DNA from: the human T2T-CHM13v2.0 reference genome, Homo sapiens
DNA length: 64,000 bases
Direction: 5' to 3' (one strand)
Assembly (NCBI RefSeq): GCF_009914755.1
Contig: NC_060930.1
This document shows positions 42,891 through 56,763 of this stretch, piece by piece. The notes under the pieces were generated by a model that was given only the letters and a program-made list of their open reading frames with translations, was not told the origin of the DNA and made no database searches. A program made the position numbers and the translations under genes. Position 1 is the first letter of the stretch, and every line of letters starts with the position of its first letter.

Positions 42891-42896
42891 ATTAAA
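42891..42896 (+). terminator. DNAH8: Proximal polyadenylation signal (ATTAAA) of DNAH8
   Basis: ATTAAA about 115 nt after the stop, followed about 25 nt later by GU-rich gtgcgtgtgtgtttt. Confidence 0.55.
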
Positions 42897-43155
42897 AAGT
42901 TGATGTTCTAAAATTGCTAGTGCGTGTGTGTTTTCCTCACATATCAATATTCAAAAAGATAACTCTAAATGAATGTTTTTTATTCTGGGAAATCATATTT
43001 CACTATAATTACTTTTTAAAGATAAAACCCTGTTTGGATGTTAGAACACTTTGGAAGCTCTGAATTTTAAAAATTTGAAAGTGTTGATATGTGACATCCT
43101 AAAAAGAGCCTAGTAGTTGTAAACTTTTCCCTCAAGTAGGTACCAATTTCCCTTG

Positions 43156-43161
43156 AATAAA
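43156..43161 (+). terminator. DNAH8: Distal polyadenylation signal (AATAAA) of DNAH8
   Basis: Canonical AATAAA followed by GU/U-rich downstream element tgtctgtgctaacgtgttatctttttgttcttttg. Confidence 0.7.
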
Positions 43162-45554
43162 ATCTAGCCATGTCTATGTCTGTGCTAACGTGTTATCTTT
43201 TGTTCTTTTGAGTTTGGTGTTCTGAACTCTGTGCTTCTGAAATGGAAACTGAAGAGACCCAGCCAGTACTCCTCAGTAGTACAGCTGTTCAGTATGAAGT
43301 GTTTAAGACAGAAAATCCTCTGGGATGGCCGTTCCTGTGATTTATTTTAATTTTATTTTATGTTGTTTTATTTTAATTTTTACTGCTTTTGAGGCCCAGA
43401 GAACTTAGACTCTCCAGCTTTCCCTCCCAACTCCAATTCTGCAGGAGATAATGAAACACATTTCTAGGCAGCAAATGGAGAAGGGAAAAACAAACCCTAT
43501 CAAATGAAATTAGGTTACATGCTGAATGTCTTAAAAAGCAAAGTCTTTAAAAAGTGAAGCTATTTCTTATTCTGTAGCTAGTCTAAAACTCAGTTTGAAC
43601 CTTGATTTCCTGCTAAAGGAAACTGTCAATTTAACAAAACAGATGGGGTCCTATACTGAATGCTCATGCGGCTTCAGGACAGTGAAGAAGTGTCTCTACC
43701 AGTCTTCTCATCTAGAATCCTTGTGCCTGCCCACAGCTAAATGCATGAGCTTCATTCCTTCATCTATTCTGAAGGAGGGAATGTTTCAAGTTGCCTTGTT
43801 TCCCTCTCATCCTTCTGCCACCTTGATCAGAGATGCTGATGACAAACAAAACCAGGCAACCAAGCAATAGCCCAGGTAAGGTTTACAGAAAAGACCCCAG
43901 AGAAAACTCTGCCACAGTCTAGTGTACTTTCAAACAGTAGAAAACACATTATGAAATGCAAATTGTAGCAGTGGCCTCTGGTATTTTCCTGATATTGATT
44001 CAATGTCAAAACCATAGAACTTTAAAAAAATAAAGGCAGTTTTAAAAATAAAGTAGCCAACCCCTGGCTCAAGTGTTTTAGCACTTTCCTTGGCCGATAC
44101 ATACACTAAAGTAAGGATGGCATTCTTGAGAAAGAATATCCTCCTGAACTGAGGCTAGAATTTGGAAGCACCTGTCAGTCTGGGTGGACACAGAGAAAGT
44201 TAAACACCATGACATTATAGCAAACCAAGCTGCATGTTCCAAAATCAAACACACATGTTTTATTGATAGCCCTGTCCAGCTGCTAAAACAATTGAAGGCA
44301 AATGGAAAGTCGAAACCCCTGGATATCACGATAGGTTTTCCAAGAATAATAATTATGTTCAGTTTCCTCTAATGACTTGAATGTCTCGTGGAAAACTGGG
44401 AATAGAGGTGAAGAAGGTGTAAATCTGGCAAAGATCATTGATCAGACCAGTTAAAGTCACACATGTGCCATTTCCTGGGCACTCTCTGCTGTTGCTGGTT
44501 ACTTTGGACTATGTCAACACAGAAGAGAGAGAGAGATGGGCATTAAGGTCCGGCAAGGATGGGCACCAGGCACCTGGGCAGGGCCTCAAAATGGTCTTCT
44601 TTCTGGTCAGTGCTTCTCAGCTGTCCCTAGTTCTGCCAGGGTCCAGTTCTGCTTTCTTTCTCTAGGCCCAGTAAATGGTTTCCTTGGACATTTTAATTGA
44701 CATTAATTGAACTTCCATAAGCACATAACCATTTTCTCTGCAAAATTGTTGCTCTTTCACTAATTACATAATTTGCCCCACTTGAGTGAGGGAGACCTGG
44801 TGTGCACAAAGGAGCAAAGGATAGAGGACGAAATGATTAAGCCAATGAAGCTGAGAGAGAAGGAAAGTAATTGTTCTTCTTCCTTGGAATCAATCCACAT
44901 CTTCTTATTTTGCTCTTGGCAAAATGAGCAATGAGATTTATACCTTCCTTGATTCAAAATGTTCCTTTAGTTTGGACTTTGCATAAAAATAAGACCAAAA
45001 GAAACGTGCAGAGAGATACATCATCCTAAAGGGATTGGTCTTGTGGGTGATGTTGCATGAATGAGCCACCATCTCTGCCACCAGAGACCTCAGATGAATA
45101 GGGGACTCACCGTAACTGGAGGCGCAAGGTGACTCAGGGCCATGGGTGAAGTTCAAAGGAATGGTGAAGGAAACTCAGGATTGAGGATGAACTTGAAGAT
45201 AAGGTAGCATTTCAATTGGGTCTTGAACTTTTCATAGATATTACCAACACAGTAGATGGGTATGTTCAAAGGAAAGGAGCAGCATGAGAGAGAGAACAGT
45301 CTAAAGGTGGGAAACCTCATGGAACATCCAGAGACAGAAGATGGAGCCTTCAAAGAGTTTCCATTGCCTGGAATGTACTCTCCAAATACCAAAGCCTTCT
45401 AGGAGCTGGCCTCAAACAAAATTTCTGCTTTATCACCCATCCCATCTCTCAACTTGCTCAATTGCTTCTGCTACTCTGACTGTCTGATATTCTCTGAAAA
45501 AATCACACACATTTTTACCATCCTTTGATTACCTTATCAAAGAAAACCCTCTTG

Positions 45555-46221
45555 TGTGGAACAACTGGAAGTTTCATACATGGCTGTGGAGGTACTGTCA
45601 AAAGGTACAACCATTTTGGAAAACAATGGTTGGGCAGTTTCTTAAGAGTAAAACATACAGTTACCATATGACCCAGACATTTCGCTCTTAGGTATTACCC
45701 TAGAGAAATGAAAGTGTATGTCCATACAAAGACATACATTCCAGTGCTCATAGAAGCTTTATTGGAAGAGCCAACAATTGGAAATAATCCAAATGCCCAT
45801 CAACAGGTAAATGACTGAAAAAAATATGGTATATAACTGCAATTGAATACTGCTCTTCAAGAAAAAGGAACAAACTATCGAGGATACACACTAAAGCTGG
45901 ATGAATCTCAATTATGCTGAGTGAAAGAAGTCAGACCAAAAAAGGACTACACAATGTATGATTTTGTTTATGTAAAATTCTAAAAAATGCAAATTAACCA
46001 ACAGTGACAGAAAAGAGATCAGAGCTTGACTGGGAAGGAAGGGAGCAGGAGAAAGAGGTTACAAAGGGGCAGGAGGAAATGTTGGAAGGTGGGTGACAGA
46101 TATGTTCATTCTCTTGATAGTGGTCATAGTTTCATGGGTGTCAAAACTTATCAACTTGTACACTTTAAATGTATGCAGTTTATTGTACTTCCATTATACA
46201 TCAATAAAGCTGTAAAGAAAA
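45555..46221 (+). mobile_element. L1M (L1MC/MB) 3' end
   Basis: ttaccatatgacccag, ccaaatgcccatcaacagg, atgctgagtgaaagaagtcagac; ends tcaataaagctgtaaagaaaa. Confidence 0.88.
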
Positions 46222-46964
46222 GCTCTTCCCATAGCATCTGATCCTTTCTTCACCTTCCTTGAGGATTTCCACAACCCCTCACTCCTCCCCCAGGCAAGAT
46301 TCATTGTGCTTTCTGCATTTTGGTTGCAACTGTGTTTAGTAATCTGGGTTGCAATCCTAGAATTTTAATGCAAGGATTCAATGACATGCGTCTATCTCCC
46401 CACTCTGTAGCAAACTTTTGGAAAGCAGAATCTGGCTTTTGAGCACCCTAGGAAGTGTTGACTGAATGACAGAATGAATGGACAGCAAGTAGCCCAATTT
46501 GACTGGTAAATGTAGGCAAATGATGGCGAAGGAGGGAATACCAGGTGCAAGCCATGTTGGAAGGGTCTAGAGTGCCATAAAGGACAGTAGGGAGTCACTG
46601 GTGGTTCTGGACTGCTAAAGGAATGGAAGTGAGTAGGTCAGCTAGAAGGCTTCTAGATCAAAATCAAGAAAATGAGTGTTGGAACTACAGAGATGACAAT
46701 TAGAATGGAAGCAAAGTAAGGCATTTGAAAGACGGTATGGAGGTAAAATTTGGGGACTCGGAAACTGAGCTGAGATGAAGGATAGAAAGGGTCTAAAGAT
46801 AAGGCAGTTTATAGACTGGGGAGTCTAGCTGGATGTTTCCTGTATCATTAAAATTTGGGGAAAAGAGGTATTTTGCTAGCCCTGTGCTTATAAATAGCTG
46901 CCAGGGTCTCTGAAGAGAGACTTAAAGATCTGTGTGCTCACCGTTGCTCCCAACGAGGTCCGTG

Positions 46965-47170
46965 AATTAGTAATAATCTAGTGTACCTGTATGCCAGGCA
47001 TTGGTCCAAGCACTTGATGGAAATTAATTTATGTAATCCTTGCACCAACCCCATGAAATGGATACTGATATTATTATCTCCATTTCACAGATTAGGGAAC
47101 TGAGGCACAGAGAAGCTAAGCAACTTTCCCAAGTTCTCACAGCTACTAAGTGACAGAGCTGGGATGAACA
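46965..47170 (-). mobile_element. MIR
   Basis: MIR core ccatttcacagattagggaactgaggcacagagaagctaag. Confidence 0.85.
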
Positions 47171-48089
47171 TAGGCTTAGGGCTTCTGATGTACTTTGTAA
47201 GACAATACTGGGTTTTTAAAAAGCCACAGTCCAAAGGCATGAACCATTAGAATTCATAATTGTGTATAGAAAATAGTATTATCTATGTTTCTCTGACTTG
47301 TTAATTTGAACAGCTTTCATTATCTAAATGGACAGAAAAATGTGCATAAAAGAGAGATTATAAGGCGAATATCAGCATTCGTGTGATATGCAAATAAATG
47401 TATATTTAAAATTCATGGATTTTGAAGATAATTAGTTGGTTCATTTTAATGTGCTTTTTCTGGGCTTTCTTGAAGATTCTATTCCAGTAGGTGCATTGCA
47501 TGGTAACCAGAAGGAGCATGGCTGGAGAATTTTGCTCTAAACTCCAAGTGAGAAGACATGGAGTTTAGTCCTGAGACACAGGGCCCGTGCAGGGCTGTTA
47601 CCTTGTCCACATGAAAAAGAAGAAAAGATAACTAAAATGTTATTTTCAAGAACACAATTCAGCAAGGGATAAATGGGAGCAAAAGTGTAAAAAATAATTC
47701 ACTATCCTAAATGAAGAAAAAAAAGTTAAGGAACTATGGAGATTGTTTCCACTTAAAATGCCAAAAAAAAAAAAAAAAAAAATCGTAGTTAAAGTAACCA
47801 GTGACTTAATCCAGGGTATCTAATAGAATCTCCAACGTTGTCTTTTTTTAAGGTTTTAGACAAATAATCCTACTTTAGATATAAAAAGATGCCACATGAC
47901 AACACTCTAGGTATAGTTGGGATATATAGCATACATCCAGAAATATGCACTAATATTGAATGAATGAAGACACCAAAGGTTTTCCAGGGCTGTGACAAAC
48001 ACTTTGGCTTGTGTGCCTTTTCTGTATTTGATAAAAAATTATCTACTCTTTAAAAACACTAAAAGCCTTGTCCCCTACCTCCTCCCTCC

Positions 48090-48380
48090 CTGTCTTAGGT
48101 GAGGTTCTCTGGAAAAATCCTCTGAGATGGAGATCTACGTGCAGGAGGTTTCCTGGAAACGGCTTTTAGGAGCATCACTCACCGGGGAGTGAAGGAGGCA
48201 GGACAGGGCAGAGGGAGAGGTTGGGCTGCGATGCAATCACAGTGAAGGCCTCGGGCACCCCTGGAGCTATGAAGCAGGGATGTGCCGCATGGGGTGAGGG
48301 GGCACGGGGGCTGAGACCGCCAGGCAGCTGTGAGCCAGCACTTCTGGCAGCTGGGGAGGACAGCCTGGGACCTGAAGGCG
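48090..48380. mobile_element. LTR16-like ERVL LTR
   Basis: Starts tgtcttaggtgaggttctctggaa...ctctgagatggag; resembles the LTR16 family. Confidence 0.55.
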
Positions 48381-51300
48381 TCTGTGTCCTGCCTTTCTTC
48401 CTCTACACTCTTCTCATCTTCTTTCCCCACCTCCTTTAATTTAAAAACAAATCATGAACATACTTTTCCTTGCTTCCTCTTTATGCTTTCCTCAGAGGAT
48501 CTTAACAACTTAAATCAAGAGTGTTTTTGACACCTGCATACAGACTCCATATCCCTGAAATGTAGAGAGCTTTTCAGAATGTCCGAAATGGTGGGCAAGA
48601 CACCAGAGGGACATGTGGTTTCTGTCCTCTCTGAGAGGTGGGGAAAGAGGGAGTCCCTGGCTGAGGGAGTCCCTAGACTGAGCACAGTAACTGGATAGGT
48701 TTTGAAGAGACCTCCAAGCACAAAGACAACTGAAACCTGAAAGTCTCCTTTTACTTTGCTGTTTTTCTCAGAGTCATGAATTTCCTCGCAACTTCTGAGG
48801 GATAGAGTTGTATTTTGCCTTCAGAAAATTACTTTTGTGTCTTGAGCAGGTGGAAAAAAGCTAGTCAACTCTGTCGTTTCTATCTTCCAGCATCTGGCTT
48901 TGACTGCAGATAAGAACCGAGGTTTTGAACACTCAAGTCTTGATTTACATCCAACCTTCTAAGATGAACATAAATACTTTGGAGTAATGCTTAAGAAATG
49001 AAGCTGTTCTGTCTACCCTGAATCAATACCAATTCCTTACGGAAGCTGCTGGCTTATAGAAGATTACCCTAACCCATTCCATTCTCCCCAGAAACAAACT
49101 GGAGAGGAGGAGCTCACAGTTGCTTCCAGCCCTCCGGGGCTTGCAAGATCACCCTTCTTGGGAATGTGGGATGTGACAGGGTGACAGTGTTACCGTTGTT
49201 TCTTTATAAGCTGCTTTGACGGAACAGGTGTCGTCAGGGAGTGTGGAAATTCCTCTTCACACATGTGCTGTGCCGGCAGCTCCCTGTTTCTCCTGACAGA
49301 GCCACCTCTCCTCTCATTCTCACCCAGGACATGACCGGTTCATTAAAGCACCTCCTCTCTATTTCCAGGCAAAATCCCCACCTGACCTGGTGCAGGGATT
49401 TGATGCTTTAGCCTCTAATTCCCCCGCATCTTCACAGCTTCTTCAAGATGGGGGGCTATGAATGCGAGGGCTCTGTCCCTATCTCCAAGATGACAAATCC
49501 GTGGGCGTTTCTGGCACTGGAAACTCAGCCTCCTCAGACATGTGAGTGGGGATGTCAACCTGTGTCTGGGGGATAAGGACACCCATCTGTCATTTGTGGT
49601 TTCTGTGTGGTCCTTCCTGATTATGCAAACCCTTTCCTTTCCATTGTTCCTCTTCTATTGTCCCCCTAAAGGACATCCGGTGTCCCTTCATGATAAGAAA
49701 CTGAATGAGACAAATAGAAAATGCTCTTCCCCCTCCTCCTCCCTCTCCCCCTCTCTCTTTGCCTCTCTCTGTTTCTATGTGTGTCTCCTGTGTGAGTGTG
49801 TGTGTCTGCCCCTCTCTCTCTCCCCAACCCTGCTCCCTCCAGAGCTGATAACTAGCTCTTTGGCTTTTAGCTAGACTACGTCAGAAGCTTTGTCTATTAT
49901 GTGTCATCCCCTCTCTTGGGGAAAGCAGTCACTTTTAGTTTTTTTCCATGTTTATGGAATTTTTTAGAGTAGACTTGCCCTTTCTGCCTGGTCTGCTTTC
50001 TCTGGAAGCCCACACCAGTCCTTGGCCACCAGCAGCCCACTATGGAGTTCCCTGGTGGGCCCTGGATCGTGCATTCCCCTCAGGGCCCTCCTCTGCCCAT
50101 GGAACATTTGGCTGTGGGACAGCTGGCCCAGAGGTTGAGCAGGTGACTTCTCATCAGGCCCTGTCCCGCCCCTCATGCCCACCCATCCACTCTGCCCTAG
50201 GGCTCCTGGGAGGGCTGGCACTGATGCCTGCAGGAGGGAGGAGGGAGGTTGTGCTCACGCTTCATTTGCTCACATCACTCACTCTGGGAGCCACGCCAGG
50301 CGAGAGCAGGGGGGCCCCACCAGCCCCAGAGGGCACCTCTCTCAGGGCCAATCTATGATGTTTCTCCATTCTCTTCCTCCTGTCCTGGAGGAGGGACGTG
50401 CTCGCTGGGGGAAGCAGAGGGCACATGTGGGAAAGGGCCAGGGGGCTGCCATGCCTTTTTCTCATGACATCCTTCTAACAGCCTTGGAAAGGCAAGATGG
50501 CACCAGCTTTGCATACCATAGCACATGTCCCCCTAAATGACGTGTGTGAGCATTGCCCTTCTTCTCGAGGAATAGTCTGGGTTTTTCTAACACTCAGAGT
50601 TGCCTTTGCTTCCAACATCTTTTTGGGAAACTCTGACTTGACTGACACATAATGGGCAGGCATCTGCCACACCCAGCCATGTGGAGCTCAGACCACTCCT
50701 CACTCCATTCTCATCAGGGCACTATTCTGTGGTGTATATATCTCTGGTCAATTTATGTATTAATTTGCCACTTGGTGCATAATATGCAGCACTGAGATAA
50801 AAACAAATAAGCCATTCCTATGAGGAATTGATTTCCCTTCCACATCTGTTCATGAAGATATAAATCTAAAGTTTTGGTACTTTAAAAGCCTCCAAATGCA
50901 AATATAATCTAAAACTACTAGGCTTTGAAATTGGGCTTCTATGTCAAAAAATGTTTATAGACCCGATCCCTGGAGTCTGACTGCTCATCTTCTGCCTCCA
51001 CGCCCTGAAGGCATTGATCACCTCTTGAGGTCCTTTCCGATTCATTGCAACAAGACAGAATGGTGCTGTGTGCCTCTTGTGTACTGTCAGCTCTGTACGC
51101 ACCCTTAGGAGAGCTGCAAGAACCACCAAGGCATGGACCCTGCCCCCAGACAGGCAAGACAGCAGAGAACATAAACTACACATGAACAGCCATCATGTAA
51201 GGCAGAAAGTGGTCATTGCCCTAAAGATGAAGTGACATGGGAACGCAGAGGATAGAGACTTGACTTTCTTTTGAAGGATCAAGTCTTTGGAGAAAGTAGA

Positions 51301-51799
51301 ATTCAGGTGGAGCCATGAAGGATGGATGGGATTTGACCAAAGGAAATAAGGGAGCAGAGCATTCTAGGAGAGACAGCAGGAGCTGAGGCCAGAGGTGCGC
51401 AAAGGTGGGCAGAGCTTAAACCAGGAGAAAGAGTTCGGTGTGGCTGCAGCACAGGACACACATCACCATGGAGGTGAATGAATGTTGTGGGCATCACCCT
51501 GATTTCCTTATATCTAGATGGCATTTTGCAATTTCCTATGTTCTTTTATGTGCACTATCACATTTGATTTTCACAACAATCGTATAAGTAGGCACTAGCA
51601 GGGATTATCATACAGTTGAGAAAACTAAGACTCGGCAAGTTAAGGTGCTCTGCCTTAGGGGACGAAGGAGAATAGCAGAAGACCAGGATGAGAACTCAGA
51701 TTTTCCAACACCCTGACCAGGACCTTTCCCCTAAACCATGCAGTGGCAGGGAGGCTGCGAGAGAGCCTACCCCACAGTTATTCCCATACTGTGTGTTTG

Positions 51800-52495
51800 T
51801 GGGTTTTTTTGTTGGCTTGCTTTCAGGTTTATTCATTGATTGTTCCTGTGTAAAGGCACCATGTGGTGGCCATTCCTGGATGCTATGGTGTGGGTCCTTG
51901 TATTCACAATAGGGAGACTTGGGGAACAGTCTCTTTCCAGAAGTTAGCTCTGTAAGTCTTGGATGTGGCATCAAAGGCACAAAGCCGGCAGCATTGTGTC
52001 ACCATGCAGAGCACTGTGTGGGGTTTGCTGACCTTGTCCCCTGGTAGTCACCCTACACCAGGATGATGGAGAGGATGTTGGTCCTGCAGACAGCAATGAG
52101 TAACTCCTTGGGCCACTCAACACCCAGACTGACGTTATCATTGCAGTCCCTTATGGTGACAATCACTTTGAACCTGATCCGCCGGCCAGCCTTGGGCTGC
52201 TTTTGCACAAACATGAGCTTCAGAACCTTGTCCTTGAGGGGCACCCCCAGGAGGAAGTCAGTGACCTCAAACTCCTTGATGGACAGAGAGAAGAGATAGA
52301 CCTTCAGGGATTTGATCTTCATGTCCTTGACCTGGCAAGGTGACTTGGTGATGGAGCACCACTCCTTGTCTTAGATTTGTGTCCACAAGATCTGGAGTCT
52401 CAGTCTTGATGCTGACCATAGCCAAGAACCCAGCCACAGCTGAGCTGCCAGAGCCTCCCCATTCCAGGGCCCTAAGGTTCTCTGGCATCATCAGA
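51800..52495 (-). pseudogene. RPS2P: Processed pseudogene of 40S ribosomal protein S2 (uS5), old and internally deleted
   Basis: Minus-strand ORF MKIKSLKVYLFSLSIKEFEVTDFLLGVPLKDKVLKLMFVQKQPKAGRRIRFK aligns by eye to RPS2 [53 protein letters not shown]. Further remnants KPHTV, FDATSKTY and KSPY. Intronless, with stops and frameshifts, minus-strand AATAAA near 51830 and a decayed A-rich tail. Confidence 0.9.
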
Positions 52496-54412
52496 AAACT
52501 GTTTGTGCATTTTTGTATCACAAAACTGCCATGCTTGGAATTAATTCTGTGAGCCCACTTCCCTTAGGAACCCCCCCTGAGAGTGCCTGAAAGATGGGGG
52601 ATTAGACATCTGAGCTATTAGGTACTGGGTAGGCTCATCAGCTTTGTTTGCTATCCCGTTTGGCAAATGAGCCAGAAACCAGAGCATCACTGAGTGCATT
52701 GGAGGTGAGAGCTTTCAGAACGGAGAAGGAAGTGACTCGAGGTGGCTTTGCAATTGGGTCCTTGAAAAATGGCACCTGCTGGGCAAAGCCGCACATTCAC
52801 TTGAGGCCAGGTCTAGAGGTCAGACCAGAACAACAGAGGGAAATTCCGAGCTTCCCTCAACCATAGGCCGGTTTTAAATTCTGACGCGTTGCCACATCAC
52901 AAGTCAGATGGGACTGAGGGAAATGACCTGAGACGAGAATGAAATCTTCTGGGCTGTCAGCCTGTGGAGGGGTAGGAGACACCTGCAGGCTCAGTCCTAG
53001 ATGGCTGCACCTCCAGCTAGATCCCAGGTGTGACTCGTAAGGTCCAAGGTGGCTGGAGATGACCACTGAGCCCATACCCAGAGAACAAAGGCATGGTGGT
53101 GCTGACTGTTAAGAGGAGTTGGCCCAGAAACATTCAGATTTTCCATTTTCTGTTTGTTTTCTTTTATTTAGGAGAGGGGAATGAGTGAGTTATCAAATTC
53201 CCTTTATGTGGAACCAGGGGAGCTAATTTTGTCTAACCTGAGTGTGGTAAGTGAAAGGGAGACCCAGAAGGCTCAGAGACAAGGGTCAGCCTGTTGCCTT
53301 GGGATCCTGCCTGCCCTAGAACTCCTCCTTCCTTACCTGGGGGGGACTCTGAGGCAGCTTTACTCAGTGCTGGTGCTAATCCTTGTCCCTGAAAGCCAGC
53401 AGCAGCTTCCCCACTCCTGGCTCCAGGGCCATTCTTTTCAGAGAAAATTCGGGTGCTTGGCTGGCCTCTTCTCCTCCCCATGAAGGTCTGAGGGGCAATG
53501 AGGGGAACAGTTGGGACAGTTTCTGGGAAGCAGGCTCCTTGGGCCAGTCAACATGTTAGTCTGAGGAAACCTCTTATTTCAGACAAGGGTTAAAGTTGGT
53601 TTCATTTCTCATTTTGGTCTCAGTAGGTTTCTCAGTCATGCCGGAGGTGCTGAAAGGTGACAGTGAGAAGGCCTCGTGTGACACTTCTTTTTCATTTGAT
53701 TTCCAAATGTGTGAAATTTGGTACTTTTCCTCTTTACCCACAAGAGCTTTAATTCTGTGAAGGGGCAGTGTGGGCTCTGTCATAACACCTCTTCCCCAGC
53801 TCCCCACCTTTCCTCCAGAGAAAAAGGCAGACAAGTGGGGAAAGCTGGGGCTAGATGGACAAAAACAAATGAATCTACTCTCCTGGCCCAGAAGCCACGG
53901 CCGCACAGATCCAGAATCGTTTTTCTGACCCTGTGATCCATTGAGTAAGGTGAAGGGAGTAGGAAAGGAGGAGATGGGCCCAGAGTGAGGAACCTCATTT
54001 ACTTAATTGCCCTTACATAGAGGAAACCTTCAGCAGCCCCTCTGCCTGGACTAACTGGCCCTGCCCCCAGATAAGCTCAGGGACATATGCCACTGGGCTT
54101 GTCTGGGTGGGCTGACTGCAATGACAAACAGCCCCAAATCTTGATGGCCTAACATACTACAATCTAACATGGGTTGGCAGGAGGCTCTGCTCCACACAGT
54201 CATTCATGGACCCAGGCCCCTTCTGTCTTGAGGTTCCATCATCCCTTGGGGCTTTGGCATTCTCCACTGACCATGTGTGTCCAACATGGTAGATGGAGGA
54301 AGAGAGGGTGTGAAAGGTCTTATGGGCCCATCCTGGAGGTGGCCTGTGTTACTTTTCTCCACATTACCTTGGCCACCCTAAACATCAAGGGAACCTGGGA
54401 ATGTAGTCTTGA

Positions 54413-54832
54413 TGTCTTATAGGTTGAGTTGTCACTCACCAGCAAAAGATATCTTGAAATCCTAATTTCCAGTACCTCAGAATGTGACCTTATTTGGAAA
54501 TATGGTCTTTACAGAATAATCGAGTTAAAATGAGATCGTTAGGTGGGCTCTAATCTGACTGACATTTTTATACAAAAGAGAAATGTGGGTGCAGAGGGAA
54601 GACCATGTGAAGACAGGCAGAAGGCCACCCACAAGTCCAGGGATGTCTGAGGCTACCAGAAGCTGGGACAGAGGCAGGCAGAGTCTCCCTCATGGTTCTC
54701 AGATGGAACCAACTTTGCCAACACTTTGATTCCAGACTTCTGGCCTCCAGAACGATGAGACAACAAATTTCTGTTGCTTAAGCCACCCAGTTTGTGGAAC
54801 TTTGTTATGGCTGCCCCAGGAAACTAAAATAC
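54413..54832 (+). mobile_element. MLT1B/C MaLR LTR next to an older MLT1 fragment (about 54100-54410)
   Basis: cctcagaatgtgaccttatttggaaat...ttaagccacccagtttgtggaactttgttatggc...aataca. Confidence 0.88.
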
Positions 54833-55878
54833 ACTATATGCTCAGATTTGAGGAGCATCCAGCCAGCTGTGCTGTGCAATCTCCTTGTCTGAAAGAAAGA
54901 GAATAGGTGGCTCTTAGCGCAATAGCTACCATCTTCGCTGATAGGTACTTTCTGGTTCTATGATTCTTGCCAAGCCTCTCCACCCATGACTCCCTCCCTC
55001 CCCTGGGTTTTCTCTCACCTTCTCCCCACTTCTGACACTAATCCCTCCTGGGAGAGAGCAAGGGAGCCCAGTCATTTCTGGCTAGAGTCCCCATGTGGAG
55101 AAGAGAGAGGAACTTTGCCGTTCTCATCTCATTTTTTTTCTCTTCTTTGGTCCAGAGTTGTACAAACCCTTCCGGCACCTTCCTAAATGACCTTGAGCAA
55201 AACCCCTGACTCTTGTGAGACTTAGTTTCCCTCCCAGTAAAGTGGGTGTGATCCCACTGAGTTCTTTCTCAACAGAAAAACCAGTTATAAAAATGATGCT
55301 ATAACACTTCAGAAAAACAGCGTGCTGCATCCGCCCACGAGAGCAGTAATCACTGTAGCTCAAGAGGTTGTAAATTCTCCACAGCTGACTGTTGGGAGCT
55401 GGACAGGACCCAGCACCTGGTAACCTTGGCTGGCTTGGTAAATGGGGGGCAGTGATGGTCTACCACAGAGGAAGGGACCCTTTGCCCTGGCAGACCTCCT
55501 CCCCATCTAGACTTGGGGGATCTGACTGTAGCCACCTGAGCCAGGAAGTGATGTTCTGCACCAGAGCCCCTGGGCATTAGCAGCTGTACTTGCTGCCTGG
55601 ATGAGACCTGGCACAGCTGGTGCACCCGCAGCAGGGAAGATAGAGGGCTGTGGGGAATAACAGTGGTGTTAACATTGCCATTTACTAGGACTTATTTGTG
55701 CCAGGTTCTGGGCAAGTGCTGCTTCTGATAGTCAGACTATCCTGCAAGGTGATAAATGTGGGATGGGGAGTTAGTGTGTGGGTCTGTGGGGGTTTGCATC
55801 CAGGCTCTCCTGGGCTGTCTCAATACCTAAGTGCACTGGGGATCAGCATCCTCATTTGTAAAATTGGGGTAAAAAATG

Positions 55879-56248
<370 letters not shown>

Positions 56249-56763
56249 CTAAAGAGGCATCCTCTCGTGATACCCCCCTTTGCCCCCAGGACTTGCTGGC
56301 AGCCAGGTTCTCCTGGCAGAAAGTGGATTCCTGGCCCACTGCTGAGGTCTCTGCCTTCTCTCAGCAGCAGATCTTCAGACTGTCTGGCAAGGGCCAGCCT
56401 GAGGGCGATGGTGAGCATTAGATGAAATAACACATATACAGCTCCTAAAACAGTGCCTGGCTCAAGGCAAATGCTCGGTAAATATTGGTTCTTATTACTG
56501 GACCCATTTTATACCAAGGTTTAGTGCTATTAAGGATACAGAGTAAGTGACTGAGATGGATTTGACTGTCAGACTCTAAAAATCTGTGTTTAGGTATGTG
56601 TATGCATGTGTGTTTATATCAGGTTGAAAAAAATGCTGGCTCTTTCCTTATTTCATCACTCAGAAGATGAATGTGGTCTTGAACTTTGGGAAGTAAATGA
56701 GTTTCTTAGGGACATGGAGCTTGGAAAGAAACCTGAACTATGCGTGCAAGAGATACCTGTCCT

